Below the pieces are notes generated by a model. That model was not told where the DNA came from, searched no databases, and saw only the letters and a list, made by a program, of their open reading frames with translations. Positions 1-8,302 of a DNA stretch of 64,000 bases are shown piece after piece; the first letter of the stretch is position 1, and each line of letters opens with the position of its first letter. The position numbers and the translations under genes are program-made. Origin of the DNA: an uncultured Candidatus Saccharibacteria bacterium (GTDB taxonomy: Bacteria > Patescibacteriota > UBA1384 > CAZZBO01); assembly GCA_964652345.1 (NCBI GenBank), contig CAZZBO010000001.1:3892-67891 (forward strand), written 5' to 3'.

Positions 1-2
1 GG

Positions 3-707
3 AGCACGGTTACTATTGAGCTTCTTCCTGATTATGGCTATCAATATGTTTCTGGTGGTTTGAACGGTAATCAGACTAGTCCAGATGAAGGAAAAGCGTC
101 TTATACTTTTGAAATGCCTAGTAATCATCTTCATCTTAGCGCCATATTTGAAAAAATGGACGATAAAATATCTGTAAATACCGATAAGATACAATCTGCC
201 TCTATCGCACTACCCAGCGGTGAAATAAATGGCAATGCAGAATTTAAGGTTTCTACTGCTGAAGTTTCAGATACTTCTGCGTTTACCCAGTTGGCTGGAA
301 ACAACACTATCGGAGGTTATTTAGATCTGTCTTTGCAGGAGGTAATTTATAAAGGCACTGCCGATGAAGCTTGGACAACAAATATTACCGACCTCGATAA
401 GCCGATGACAGTAAATTTGAATCTAGCTGCTGATTTGCAGGGGCATGCTGATTATATGGTTTTGAGAAATCACAATGGTACGGTTAGCGAAATTGACAGC
501 ACTTATGACGCAAATAGCAAAGCTCTCACTTTTGCCACAGACAAATATTCTACTTACGCAATTGCTTATAAGGATACGGCTAGCGCATCTGTCGCCAATC
601 CTCAAACTTATGACGGTATAACAAATCAAATAATCTTGGGAATTGTGTGTTTATTGGGGTTATTTGGGCTAATGATATATTCTAAAAAAATATCACTTAA
701 GAGCTAA
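3..707 (+). CDS. 3' part of a surface-anchored protein with a sortase-type C-terminal signal (5' end outside the window)
   Basis: Frame is open from the window edge (STVTIELLPDYGYQY...). It ends in NPQTYD, a hydrophobic helix and a basic tail (KKISLKS). Confidence 0.7.
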   Translation, partial: STVTIELLPDYGYQYVSGGLNGNQTSPDEGKASYTFEMPSNHLHLSAIFEKMDDKISVNTDKIQSASIALPSGEINGNAEFKVSTAEVSDTSAFTQLAGNNTIGGYLDLSLQEVIYKGTADEAWTTNITDLDKPMTVNLNLAADLQGHADYMVLRNHNGTVSEIDSTYDANSKALTFATDKYSTYAIAYKDTASASVANPQTYDGITNQIILGIVCLLGLFGLMIYSKKISLKS

Positions 708-742
708 ATATCTACAAATTTATATATTGTTTTATTAGAATA

Positions 743-777
743 CACTTCCCATGACTTTACAGTCGGGGATGTAAGTG
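743..777. terminator. Hairpin between convergent genes; resembles an IS200/IS605-type end hairpin
   Basis: CACTTCCCATGACT-TTAC-AGTCGGGGATGTAAGTG imperfect inverted repeat. Confidence 0.35.
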
Positions 778-785
778 AGGAAATT

Positions 786-1427
786 TTAGTTAGTCTTTTC
801 TTTCCTATAAAGCAAATAAGAGTAGATAGTCAGAAACAAAGTAAGAGCGAGGATTATGACGATAAAGACGATAAAGGCATAATCTTTCCAGATCATAGAC
901 AGTAAAATTAAAATTGCGCTGTAGCGGAATATCTTTCCTCCCAATAGATGGGTTTTTTTCCAAACGTTTTCACTTGCGAGTGTCCACGGCGTGCGAATTC
1001 CGATACTAAAATTATGACGTGAATTCTGTATTAAAGACCCCATGTTATAGAATAAAATTGCAAAAGCGGGAATTATAAAATAAACAAATTCAAATGTGTA
1101 GCCCAAATTCCAAACAATTGACAATGCGTAGATATAAGTAAAAAACAAGCATATCATGGCAATAAAATTGTCAAAATAAGGACGGAATTTTTCGATATTT
1201 TTATAATTTGGATCAAGTCGCGGGATAAATATGAGCATGATGTAAATAACAATTAAAATAATTGGTAAAATAAAAATTCCCCAAAATTTGTTCATATAGC
1301 CATCGGGTTGACCGGTCGGTCCCCAGTGGGAAACTATTGTGTTTGGTAGCTGTGGGTAAACAACAATTGCCACAATTATACTTATGATAATTAAAAGGGG
1401 TGGGATGTATTTTGATATTTTGTTCAT
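786..1427 (-). CDS. SdpI/DUF1648-family membrane immunity protein
   Basis: LPxxIxSHWGxxGQPDGY, PRLDP, NFSIGIRTPWTL and WKKTH motifs; multiple TM helices. Confidence 0.88.
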   Translation of the reverse strand: MNKISKYIPPLLIIISIIVAIVVYPQLPNTIVSHWGPTGQPDGYMNKFWGIFILPIILIVIYIMLIFIPRLDPNYKNIEKFRPYFDNFIAMICLFFTYIYALSIVWNLGYTFEFVYFIIPAFAILFYNMGSLIQNSRHNFSIGIRTPWTLASENVWKKTHLLGGKIFRYSAILILLSMIWKDYAFIVFIVIILALTLFLTIYSYLLYRKEKTN

Positions 1428-1550
1428 GGTTAAATATTAATATTTATAATCTCAAGTTTACAGTTTTTGCTTAAAGTTATATTAACAAATAATTTAAACT
1501 TGGCGGTGTGCTTTCGAAAAAATTCGAACTGATTTTGCCCAAAATTTATA

Positions 1551-1590
1551 GGGCGGGCGGAATTCCCCCCGAACCCCCCTTCCGCCCGCC
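1551..1590 (-). repeat. G-run hairpin element, copy A
   Basis: Minus strand GGCGGGCGGA-AGGGGGGTTCGGGGGGAAT-TCCGCCCGCC; nearly identical to 5202-5244. Confidence 0.8.
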
Positions 1591-1597
1591 GCACCTG

Positions 1598-1685
1598 TCC
1601 GCCTCTGGCGGAGAAGCGACCCTTTCGGATTGGACGATTTCAAGTTTTTCGTTCCGCTTTTAGCGGAACTCCGAGCTTTGCTCGG
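1598..1685. repeat. Cluster of short REP-like palindromes
   Basis: TCCGCC-TCT-GGCGGA, GTTCCGCT-TTT-AGCGGAAC, CCGAGC-TTT-GCTCGG. Confidence 0.6.
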
Positions 1686-1706
1686 TTTGGCAGCAAATCC
1701 TTTTTT

Positions 1707-1848
1707 ATCTAACGTGTGCGTGTATGAGAAGTTTCGCCGATTTCTTTATTATTTTATCATAAAGGAGGCGAAATTTTGATGAAAGAAAGGCGCAATCTTT
1801 AAAAATTATTCACGCACTTTTTCTTGAACCCCATACGTGCTGTTAGGC
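1707..1848 (-). other. attC-like recombination site 1
   Basis: Minus strand: GCCTAAC (RYYYAAC)-5 nt-GTATGGGG ... CTCATAC-8 nt-GTTAGAT (GTTRRRY), with an internal stem; starts just after the stop codon of 1872-2285. Confidence 0.6.
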
Positions 1849-1871
1849 GATGTAAAAAATTACTGAGAATC

Positions 1872-2285
1872 TTACATTGTGTCATAGATAAGATCCTTTT
1901 CTTCGTTAGTAAGATTTCTGCTAAAGGGATAGAGAGTGTATTCAAATGACTCTTTTGGGATCTGTTTCCGGAAATTTTGTTGCCTTACGCCAACAAAAAG
2001 CTGTATAGAGGTCTCGTGTTTACAAGTTGACGTTGATAAAACAACAGTGTTTTCCCCAAGAATCGCCGATGCATCAAAGGTGTACCAACTTGGTGTTTTT
2101 ATTTTTGTTGGCCGCTCAATGATTACAAAACTATTTCGTATGTAGGGTCGTAATCGCTCATGAAGAGCTTCTGATGGCTCGCCAGAATGTTGTTGTATTT
2201 CTTGTGTCCTAGTAAATACTCTTTGATCAAAAGTATCGGTTAACTCTTCCCCAGAAACAAATTTTTCAAATTGTCCGTCAACCAT
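1872..2285 (-). CDS. Hypothetical protein (putative gene cassette)
   Basis: 137-aa ORF bounded by attC-like sites and ~25-bp inverted repeats. Confidence 0.7.
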   Translation of the reverse strand: MVDGQFEKFVSGEELTDTFDQRVFTRTQEIQQHSGEPSEALHERLRPYIRNSFVIIERPTKIKTPSWYTFDASAILGENTVVLSTSTCKHETSIQLFVGVRQQNFRKQIPKESFEYTLYPFSRNLTNEEKDLIYDTM

Positions 2286-2369
2286 AGTTAATTTAGTAAT
2301 TTTTTATGTCGTCTAATGTATCGGGATATCTGATGTTTTCACCTAGATATCATATTGATTATATCATAA

Positions 2370-2463
2370 TAATAACGTTAGGAATATACGAAGTTTTCCG
2401 ACATAGGAGGAAAATCTGGGTGAGGTGCGAGCCGAGTCCCGAACCGCATATCCCTTGTTATAC
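2370..2463 (-). other. attC-like recombination site 2 (plus a partial site at 2311-2345)
   Basis: Minus strand GTATAAC-5 nt-ATATGCG ... CGTATAT-7 nt-GTTATTA; shares the AAGTTT..CCGA...GGAGG..AAAT inner stem with site 1. Confidence 0.5.
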
Positions 2464-2602
2464 GCCCCGAGCGACCATCGGGAGCGAGAGTGCAACGGGG
2501 CAAGCCCGTAGCGATAGCGGAGGGCGAAGCGTACATTTTTTTATCTTTCATTTTAAGTTTCCCGCGTAGCTTTTATTATTAAATGCAAAACAAATTTTTT
2601 CT

Positions 2603-2654
2603 GTTTTGGGCGAAGGGCAGAGGGGATAAAGGGGTGAATGCCCGAGCCCAAAAC
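2603..2654 (+). repeat. G-run hairpin element, divergent copy B
   Basis: GTTTTGGGCGAAGGGCA-GAGGGGATAAAGGGGTGAA-TGCCCGAGCCCAAAAC; same stem plus two-G-run loop architecture. Confidence 0.55.
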
Positions 2655-2660
2655 TCCTTA

Positions 2661-3443
2661 TTATCTCTTATTATATTTTGCAAAATAATCATCAATTTCA
2701 CTTCTTAGCTCTATTCCTACTCTTTCAAAACATTTTAATAAATCTTCATATGCACCTTCACCGCCAAGAAAATCCCAAAATTCATTGGCAACTTTTAGTT
2801 CCTTTTCTAAATCAAGCATTCCGCGTATTGTCCAGCGATTATATGGTTCCGGGTCATATGGATTGTAAGGAATAGCAATTAAAGTTTGAACTTTTGTTTT
2901 TGGATTTTCTGCTAAAGTAGTTGCTGTCCATTCTAATAACGTTCTTTTAAATTCTTTAAAACCGCCGGCATTTGGTTTTGCTGTTTTTATATCAAATAAA
3001 AATAATTCTCCTGAATGGCTTTCAAGCAATACATCAACTTTTGTTGGTTTAATTTTTCTGAACTCTCCTTGTTGTGCTACTTTTCTAATAATTTCAGTTT
3101 CTTTTTGTTTGTTTGGTGAAGATTTTGCTGTTGTAAGATCATCCATTATTTTTTGAATTTCCATTTGAGCTTCTGGGCTAATTTTATCACCAGCTACTGC
3201 TTGAGATTCTGCTCGTTTAAATTTGCTTTTGGCTAAAGAAATTGCAACTGGTTCAAAAATACTTGTTCCAAAATTGGTATTCAATGAGTGAATAAAAGAA
3301 AACAGTGCCATTCTGTCTTTGCCAAGCAATCTCGAATGAAAAGGCATTGCTGCTGGTTCTGGTTTATAGTTTTGGAATTTATGCCTAAGCGCATTTTTCA
3401 AAACATTTTCTACATCTATAATTTGTTGTTTGGTTAAGCTCAT
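2661..3443 (-). CDS. Type II restriction endonuclease, TdeIII/MjaII-like
   Basis: MPFHSRLLG...FIHSLNTNFGTSIFE and VD...FDIKTAKPN (PD-(D/E)xK) motifs; 4-bp overlap with the MTase. Confidence 0.85.
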   Translation of the reverse strand: MSLTKQQIIDVENVLKNALRHKFQNYKPEPAAMPFHSRLLGKDRMALFSFIHSLNTNFGTSIFEPVAISLAKSKFKRAESQAVAGDKISPEAQMEIQKIMDDLTTAKSSPNKQKETEIIRKVAQQGEFRKIKPTKVDVLLESHSGELFLFDIKTAKPNAGGFKEFKRTLLEWTATTLAENPKTKVQTLIAIPYNPYDPEPYNRWTIRGMLDLEKELKVANEFWDFLGGEGAYEDLLKCFERVGIELRSEIDDYFAKYNKR

Positions 3444-5035
3444 ATTTTTGATTTTAAATGAAAAATAATTTCTGAGTAAGGATTTTTATCTCGTTCCGTT
3501 CGATTTAATACGGGTCGCTTGTATTGATTGACAATTTTCATCCCTGCTTTTTCTGCTATTGTAGGATATAAATTCCATTTATCATTTGCAACCAAGAAAA
3601 CATCAAAATTTTTAGCAAGGTATTTTTTTGAATTTAATAATACTTGTGATATTCCTTCTATGTAAAAATTTTTTGCTTCTTGTCCCTGACCTTTGTACAA
3701 AGGTCCAATTTCTAGCTCATCATTTCTTTCAAATCCAAAAAGATCATAGGCGTAGGCGTGTTGCTCGTGGTAATCTATCTGCCCTACATATGGGGGAGAT
3801 GAAAAAATGCCTTTAATTTTTTGTTTTTCAAAAAGATTATAAAATTCTTTACTTCTTGATTTTATTTCTTTTGCCATATCAACAGTTCTAGAATCTCCAG
3901 TAATGGTTGCCCAATAAGCACCATTTTTTATTTTTTGAAATTCTTTTATTCGGGCTATTGTGTCATTGGCATAGCGACCAAACCAATATTTTATTGAAAA
4001 AAGAGGCTTGCAAATTTTTTTATGCTTCCAGCAATAGTATGTAGTTGTCTGTGGTTTTTTTAGTGTAGCAAGATCGGAATGTGTCGTTGCCCTACAAGAG
4101 CGGATTGTTCGGCTTAATATAACCGCTAATACTCTTTTATTTTTTTCATCTTTAATTTTCTTGATTTGTTCAAAAGCAAAATCAATTTCTTTTCGGATAT
4201 TTTTTATGTACCACTTATCAAGGAAAGACTTGCTCTTTTCTTGCTTTAATTCAATTTTATACTTTTTAACTAATTCATTATAAATAGCTAAAAACTCTTT
4301 TTCTTTGTTTATTGAATATTTATTTTCGTCAATTTCTTTTTTGTAAATTTTTCTTTTAAAATCAGGGGACGGAAAGTTTTTATTGTTGAATTTTGATAAT
4401 TCAAAATATAATTCTTTTTCAAATTCTTGTATTTTTGCGTCGGTTTCAAATTTAGTGATCGCTAAATTTATATTTTTGATGTCTTGAATTAGTAAATCTA
4501 AGTCATAGTCCAATAGTTTTGTATCGGTTATCATGCAATTAAATCGCGAAATATCTACGCCCACTGCATGAATACCAAGCTCATTTGCCTGTACTAGTGT
4601 CGTACCTGACCCAGAAAAAGGATCTAATATAATATCGCCTTTTTTAAAAAAAGTTTGTTGTTTAAAATTATCTGTATGACTATCTATAAAATATTCAACT
4701 AATTGTGGGATAAATTTGCCCTTGTATGGGTGTAATCTATGAACATGTTTTGTCGTGTCCTTTTCTCTTAAATTATCAAAAGACAAATTCCAATTTAAAT
4801 CATTACCAAGTTTCTTTTTCCACTCAACCTCTCTTTTCCCATTAAACGATTGATAATAATTTTTTAAATCATTGATATGAATTTGAGTACTGCCATTTTC
4901 ACCATATTTTTTTACTTTTCCGTATTGTATTAAATAGGAAATGTTTGTTTCACTAATAGCACGACCCAAAAATGAGCTTGCCCATTCGCAAGCTTCTTTT
5001 ATTGTCAATAACTGTTTAATTGCTATTGTACTCAT
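3440..5035 (-). CDS. DNA methyltransferase (probably N4-cytosine) with N-terminal HTH, M.MjaII-like
   Basis: HPYKGKF, DPFSGSGTT (motif I) and SPPY (motif IV); N-terminal LLTIKEA HTH-like segment. Confidence 0.88.
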   Translation of the reverse strand: MSTIAIKQLLTIKEACEWASSFLGRAISETNISYLIQYGKVKKYGENGSTQIHINDLKNYYQSFNGKREVEWKKKLGNDLNWNLSFDNLREKDTTKHVHRLHPYKGKFIPQLVEYFIDSHTDNFKQQTFFKKGDIILDPFSGSGTTLVQANELGIHAVGVDISRFNCMITDTKLLDYDLDLLIQDIKNINLAITKFETDAKIQEFEKELYFELSKFNNKNFPSPDFKRKIYKKEIDENKYSINKEKEFLAIYNELVKKYKIELKQEKSKSFLDKWYIKNIRKEIDFAFEQIKKIKDEKNKRVLAVILSRTIRSCRATTHSDLATLKKPQTTTYYCWKHKKICKPLFSIKYWFGRYANDTIARIKEFQKIKNGAYWATITGDSRTVDMAKEIKSRSKEFYNLFEKQKIKGIFSSPPYVGQIDYHEQHAYAYDLFGFERNDELEIGPLYKGQGQEAKNFYIEGISQVLLNSKKYLAKNFDVFLVANDKWNLYPTIAEKAGMKIVNQYKRPVLNRTERDKNPYSEIIFHLKSKI

Positions 5036-5107
5036 ATTTGTATTTTACAATAGATCAAAATATAAATAAATCGTTTGGGAGTTCCTTAGCGTTGCCTGCG
5101 AATGGGT

Positions 5108-5163
5108 TGGGTGGGGCAAGGGCAACATCAACTCTGGTGGCGTATTTTGCTTTGCAAAATACG
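5108..5163 (+). repeat. 56-bp direct repeat, copy 1
   Basis: TGGGTGGGGCAAGGGCAACATCAACTCTGGTGGCGTATTTTGCTTTGCAAAATACG, identical at 8424-8479. Confidence 0.95.
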
Positions 5164-5201
5164 CACTCCAAATCCGCCGAAAAAAGAGCCGTTGGAAACG
5201 A

Positions 5202-5244
5202 GGGCGAGGCGGAAGGGGGGTGTGGGGGGAATTCCGCCTCGCCC
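5202..5244 (+). repeat. G-run hairpin element, copy C
   Basis: GGGCGAGGCGGA-AGGGGGGTGTGGGGGGAAT-TCCGCCTCGCCC. Confidence 0.8.
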
Positions 5245-5343
5245 GAGCCGAAGCGAAGCTCCGCCACCGAATTTCGTGCCAGTTGAAAACTGGCGTGCCA
5301 CCAAAAATATTTGAACAAATCTAATTATAATACATCTAATAAT

Positions 5344-7002
5344 TTATGCCGCTATTTTCATATTTTCTAGCGTATTTCTTATTCGTTCTATTTCAGCATT
5401 ATCTCTTTCTTCCATAACTAGTCTCTCAATGATTCTTATTCTTTCATTAAAAATCTTCAACGCTTGCTCTTTATCTCTTTCTGAAATGAATGAACTCTTA
5501 ATACCATTTTTTGCAACTTCTTTAACATTATTCCAATTCATCAATTCGCTATGTCCGGTTAATAGAAATTGCGCATATTCTTTTGTTATATTTGTGCCAC
5601 AAATCGCATCGTTGTCGGTACAAATTGTTATAGGAATTTCTTGATTAACCAATTCTTGAACTGGATGAATTGCCATACCTTCAGTATTCAAAGGAATTGA
5701 AGAAATGTTACAAACGCCACAGATTTCTACTGTAGCACCACTTTTTTTGAGATGGTCTAATGTTTCCAGATTTGATACCGCTTGAACACCATGTCCTATC
5801 CTGTTAGCTCCCATTTCTAATGCTTCCTCAATAGATTCATTACCACTTTTGCCTTCGTTATAAGTCGGAGTTTCGCCTGCATGTATGGTAACACCAATCA
5901 ATTCACCTTTAATTTCACCCGATTTTATTTTATTATTATATTCTTTAATTAAATCAAACCCTTCTTTGAAATAGACTGGATTGTAGCCAGTGTCCTCTGG
6001 GCCAGCAATATCAAAACTGAATTTTTTGTCTGGATATTTTTGGGCAAATTCTACTGCTAATTTTGCATGCTCGATAACCTCTTCGGGTTTCCAGTCTCTA
6101 CCTCTATATCCAAGAAAGGTGAAGCCAACTTTGGGTGCTTCTTCGCCATATCAGCACGAGATTTTTCCATTGCTTCTAAAATATTTTCTGTAGCGACATG
6201 CGGATCTAAAGTATTTCCCAAAGCATCTCTCTGACCAATAACAGAACAACGGATTTCTGTTGTTAGTTGTCCTGCTCGTGTTGCCTCCTCAATAATGCCT
6301 TTCACTGCGGCTTGATAATCTTCTGGAGTTCGAATAGCACTTCCTATCGTTCCGTAAGCTTTGTTAAAGGCATCTAAATTTTCAAATCCATCCTCACCAT
6401 TGGTGTACGCATTTTTTATAGCCGCAATCTGTTCTTCATTAAACTTGTGAATTCGTGCACGCTCCAATAGAGTTTCCATTGGCACCGAACCCTTTAAGTG
6501 CTGGTGATTATTAGTTTTTGGCAAGAGCCGGGCTAAGACATAAGAAATTTTGATATTTTCTTGTTCTGGTGTGTTTTTAGTATCGGCAATAATCTCTCTC
6601 AAAACAACTCTGGCTTCTTCAGCTCTCGAACCAAAATCCATTGAGTTAATCCGTGTTGATATTTCACGATCTAATTCTTTTACAACTTCAGCGGCATGCT
6701 TAAAATCATCACGCAGAGTTTCTATATCAGTTTCGGCAAAATAGGATTTATAAACTTTGGCTTTCCTTTCAATGCCATTATACTCGGAAACTAATTCATT
6801 AAATAATTCCGCAAGTTCTTCTGGTTTTGCTGTCTTTTTTTGTTCTTCAAACGACCGCAATAATTCAAAAGCTTTTTTCGACGCTGGATTCATTGGATCA
6901 GCGACATATCTTTTAAGTATCTCGCTAATATCACTTGCGAATACAGAATTTTTGTTCTCGTTGATAATTAAAATCTGTCCAGGTCTAACAGTAACATCCC
7001 CT
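5344..7002 (-). pseudogene. Adenosine deaminase-family protein, frameshifted near 6147 and 5'-truncated by an IS
   Basis: LPKTNNHQHLKGS is in ORF 6057-7016. DIAGPE, TIHAGE, RIGHG and CTDND are in the other frame. Adding one G at GATATG(G)GCGAAGAA joins them (RADMGEEAPKVGF). Confidence 0.85.
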
Positions 7003-8037
7003 TGCATCCGTTGCATACATATTGGACTTTTCTAATACATAATCCATTGGTACTTTATCATTAATTCTACTATGTATCCTTTGTGTGTTGTAGAAAAGAA
7101 GATAATCCATTAATAGGTGGTTGAATTGATCTGTATTGGCAAAGAGAGTCTGTTCATGATTGTTAATAAACTCATCTTGAATAGTACGATTGAATCTTTC
7201 AATGAAAGCGTTTTGTTTAGGATTTCTGGGATAAGTAAAGAAGTGTACAATCCCATTCTTAAGCATCTCTTGATCAGCATATTTTAAAAATTCACTACCG
7301 TTATCAGTTTGAATAGCTTTAATCGAAAAAGGAGCAACACTAATTAACTTAGAGATGAAATCAGCAGATGATTTAGAGGAAAGATGTTTGTAAGAGTAAG
7401 CAAAAGAAAATTTAGATTTGGTTTCAATAGCAGTAATAATGTATCTTCTAATACCATTATCAAACTTAACTATGGCGTCTAATTGAACAAGATCTCCTAG
7501 TTCATTAACTTCATAGCCAAAGATTCGTCTCTTAACTTGCCTCTGTCTCTTTTGGGCACGATTTCGATCGTAAAGATAGAAGAACCAATTATTACGTTTG
7601 ATGATCTTACCGATAGTGGAGGCAGAAATACACTCAAGGTCATTCTCTCTACAAAACTCATCTAAAAGAGGTTTTATCTTGTCTTTGGAGAGTCTTGGAT
7701 ATTTTTTTCTTAAATCATGGATAAATTCATAAATTTTAGTTTCAATATACATTCTTCTTACTTCCCTTGGTTTGCGAGAGCCATTAATTAAACTATGTAA
7801 ACTACCTCCTGACTCTCTTAATTTCTTCTTCCACGAATATATCGTAGAACGAGAGACATGAAAAGCATCACGAGTGGGATTAAGTCCATATTTATCAAAG
7901 AAGATAATGATTTTAATCTTATCTTTGATCTCTGGATGATCACGACAAAGTTTAGAATTGGTTATTATTTTCATTAACCTTTTATACCCCACAATGCCCC
8001 TGTATAGAAAGTAGGTATTACGACACAAATAACTCAT
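6985..8037 (-). CDS. IS481-family DDE transposase (HTH + rve core)
   Basis: VSRSTIYSW HTH; QLDA, QTDNGSEF and PKQNAFIERFNRT motifs. Confidence 0.9.
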   Translation of the reverse strand: MSYLCRNTYFLYRGIVGYKRLMKIITNSKLCRDHPEIKDKIKIIIFFDKYGLNPTRDAFHVSRSTIYSWKKKLRESGGSLHSLINGSRKPREVRRMYIETKIYEFIHDLRKKYPRLSKDKIKPLLDEFCRENDLECISASTIGKIIKRNNWFFYLYDRNRAQKRQRQVKRRIFGYEVNELGDLVQLDAIVKFDNGIRRYIITAIETKSKFSFAYSYKHLSSKSSADFISKLISVAPFSIKAIQTDNGSEFLKYADQEMLKNGIVHFFTYPRNPKQNAFIERFNRTIQDEFINNHEQTLFANTDQFNHLLMDYLLFYNTQRIHSRINDKVPMDYVLEKSNMYATDARGCYC

Positions 8038-8088
8038 TGGGCTCCTTTCTTATCTTGTAAGAGTCCAATATGTATCGTAACTTGTGCA
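7003..8088 (-). mobile_element. IS481-family insertion sequence (~1086 bp)
   Basis: Terminal IRs share AGTCCAATATGTAT exactly and both end in TGCA; single DDE transposase. Confidence 0.8.
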
Positions 8089-8095
8089 TTATTTT

Positions 8096-8302
8096 TTATT
8101 TCAATAAATCATCAACTCGAACTTCCAATGCTTTAGCGATTTTTTGCAAAGTTCCAATAGTCGGATTAGTAATTCCGCCTGTTTCGAGCTTGATGATTGA
8201 ATTATAAGAAACATCCGCCAGTTTTGAGAGGCGATCTTGAGACAAGCCCTTGGCTTGTCGTAATTTCTTTATATTCTTGCCGATTTTATTCTCTTGTGCC
8301 AT
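8096..8302 (-). CDS. XRE/Cro-C1 family HTH regulator
   Basis: IKKLRQAKGLSQDRLSKLADVS...LETG...NPT...KIAKAL. Confidence 0.92.
   Translation of the reverse strand: MAQENKIGKNIKKLRQAKGLSQDRLSKLADVSYNSIIKLETGGITNPTIGTLQKIAKALEVRVDDLLK

Noticed and set aside
2306-2569. 87-aa ORF
   Set aside because: It overlies the attC-like site and hairpins; probably spurious.
5286-5300. AAAACTGGCGTGCC as a third att core
   Set aside because: Only TGGCG matches the tRNA-end core; too short to support.
5020-5318. Three overlapping short ORFs (5020-5286, 5055-5318, 5102-5314)
   Set aside because: They are open only because they cross the GC-rich repeat and hairpin spacer; treated as non-coding.
5344-7016. RADAR defence system or programmed frameshift
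   Set aside because: No RdrA AAA+ ATPase is adjacent, there is no slippery heptamer at the shift, and the gene is also IS-truncated.
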